Origin: Cyanophora paradoxa CCMP329
Taxonomy: Eukaryota; Plantae; Glaucophyta
NCBI GenBank assembly: GCA_004431415.1
Contig: QPMI01000017.1
Coordinates: 124,001 to 188,000, forward strand
Length of the DNA: 64,000 bases
Reading direction: 5' to 3'
Both the position numbers and the translations under genes were made by a program. How positions within the stretch are numbered: the first letter of the stretch is position 1; every line of letters begins with the position of its first letter. The notes beneath the pieces are model-generated. The model worked only from the letters and a program-made list of their open reading frames with translations, did no database searches and was not told the origin of the DNA. Positions 62,709 to 64,000 of this stretch are shown piece by piece.

Positions 62709-63189
62709 ACTTTAAACTTTTCGATATTCCACAAACGTTTCGACAAAACCAAATCAAAAACAAACCATTCACAGTAACCACACAAAACAAAACGTAAAAT
62801 CTCAGTAAGCCTCAGTAACAACTTAAAACCTCTCATTTTTTACTGTATTTTTTGAACGCTTTTTTACTGTATTTTCTACACTAGAAATGACGATAGAAAC
62901 GACAATAAAAACAATAGAATTTAAATTGTTTTTTAATCGTATATATGTCAATATATCAATGTAGTATATATGATATATATCATGCAAAATCGATTTATAG
63001 TCATACCTATAACATATCGATTTGTGTATATGTGATATATATATATATGACGTCATAATGACGATACATATGTATATGATATATATGACATACCACGTGA
63101 CTCGGGAGATCATGACGATCACGGCGATGTGTTCATTATCATATGCATGACTTGGACCAATCAGCTATCGATGACTCTTCTGTGGCTCA

Positions 63190-63300
63190 CAGGTGGCTCA
63201 TCGATAGATCAATGGGTCTTATCACATCATCGGTGGCTCATCGATAGATCAATAGGTCTTATCATATCATAGGTGGCTCATCGATGGATCAATGGGTCAT
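63190..63300 (+). repeat. ~40-bp tandem repeat x3 in an AT-rich intergenic region of the virus
   Basis: GGTGGCTCATCGAT(A/G)GATCAAT(G/A)GGTC repeated three times. GTAGTATA repeats follow at ~63363-63440. Confidence 0.85.
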
Positions 63301-63673
63301 ACAACATTATCGATCTCGGATCGATAGATGAATGGTTCAATATTTATCAATGGTTGAGTTTCGTAGTATATACTCGTAGTATAAACTTGTAGTATAATTC
63401 CATAGTATAAATCCATAGTATATACTCGTAGTTGATACTCGTCGTAGAAACCCGGGAATAACTTGAACCGGGGTATATATTTGTTCGACATTTCGTCGAA
63501 ATTTCGGTAAATCGATTATCGGCATCTTCAAACGCTTGTATCTCACCACCAGATGGTCAACTCGCAACGTTTTGCATAGCGTTTTGAAGCGCTTGTTAAG
63601 CTCTACACAACTACGTAATCATCGTATTATTTCAAGCTACCTTGTCATACAATATTTCTCACAAATCGTCCTT

Positions 63674-64000
63674 TCACACACTGATTGTGGTCATTTCTCG
63701 TTGGATCCGAGCCATCTGACCCCTTTTAATTGCTTTTCTCTTCACAAATTTCTTAAAGCCCTTCATATCATCATCAGTTAGTACTGCTCTATCAGTATAG
63801 GTCTTGATATCATAACCTTGCAGGCTCGCTATGACAGTTTGATAATTATAGCCCCATAGTCTATGCAATTCCTTGTAGGTCTTCTTATCCATTCCACCAT
63901 TGTACTCATCAAAGGCGCAATTGAACTCTTTTTCGTTCCCAAGAATATTGAAAAAGACTACGAACTCAACATTTCGACGAATCGTAGTAGAAATAGAGCA
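63674..64000 (-). CDS. A32/FtsK-like genome-packaging ATPase, C-terminal part (5' end outside the window)
   Basis: Open frame from the window edge: CSISTTIRRNVEFVVFFNILGNEKEFNCAFDEYNGGMDKKTYKEL. It matches the IRxN arginine-finger region and following helices of PLV/virophage ATPases. Walker motifs are not in the window. Confidence 0.65.
   Translation of the reverse strand, partial: CSISTTIRRNVEFVVFFNILGNEKEFNCAFDEYNGGMDKKTYKELHRLWGYNYQTVIASLQGYDIKTYTDRAVLTDDDMKGFKKFVKRKAIKRGQMARIQREMTTISV

Larger units (their letters stand above)
57241..64000. mobile_element. Polinton/Maverick-like endogenous virus, left part (continues past the window end)
   Basis: Sharp drop in GC and intronless compact genes: pPolB, rve integrase and A32-like ATPase. 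Candidate terminus AGAGTA at 57241, consistent with the 5'-AG ends of Polintons; boundary inferred. Confidence 0.85.

Noticed and set aside
63190-63440. Short repeats as a CRISPR-like array
   Set aside because: The units are contiguous and near-identical with no unique spacers, and there are no cas genes.

Overview
GC-rich eukaryotic nuclear DNA with many short (~50-70 bp) introns. It comes from a flagellated, probably photosynthetic protist; the style resembles a glaucophyte such as Cyanophora, but that is inference. Most ORFs in the six-frame track are GC-content artefacts, and the real genes had to be spliced by eye. The gene-dense block (~5.8-29 kb) holds a hidden 3-exon Rdx/SelW-like selenoprotein (in-frame UGA in an unusual NxxU motif plus a type II SECIS), a long low-complexity gene, an alpha/beta-hydrolase-like gene, three claudin-like 4-TM paralogues, a CAP/SCP gene, a HAD-like gene and CEP135/BLD10. 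From 29 kb on the window is mostly decayed and mobile DNA. It contains a kinase pseudogene, Helitron-like, hAT and Tc1/mariner-type non-autonomous elements, and two duplicated [CEP135 3' end + BTB gene] units. It also holds a 13.6-kb Ty3/Gypsy-derived element with identical 281-bp LTRs but a ruined interior, and the left part of a Polinton/Maverick-like endogenous virus (pPolB, rve integrase, packaging ATPase). The most striking pattern is a pervasive mutational signature. Unconstrained DNA gains exact 6-bp insertions that turn a trinucleotide X into X-revcomp(X)-X, shown directly by comparing paralogous copies inside the window.
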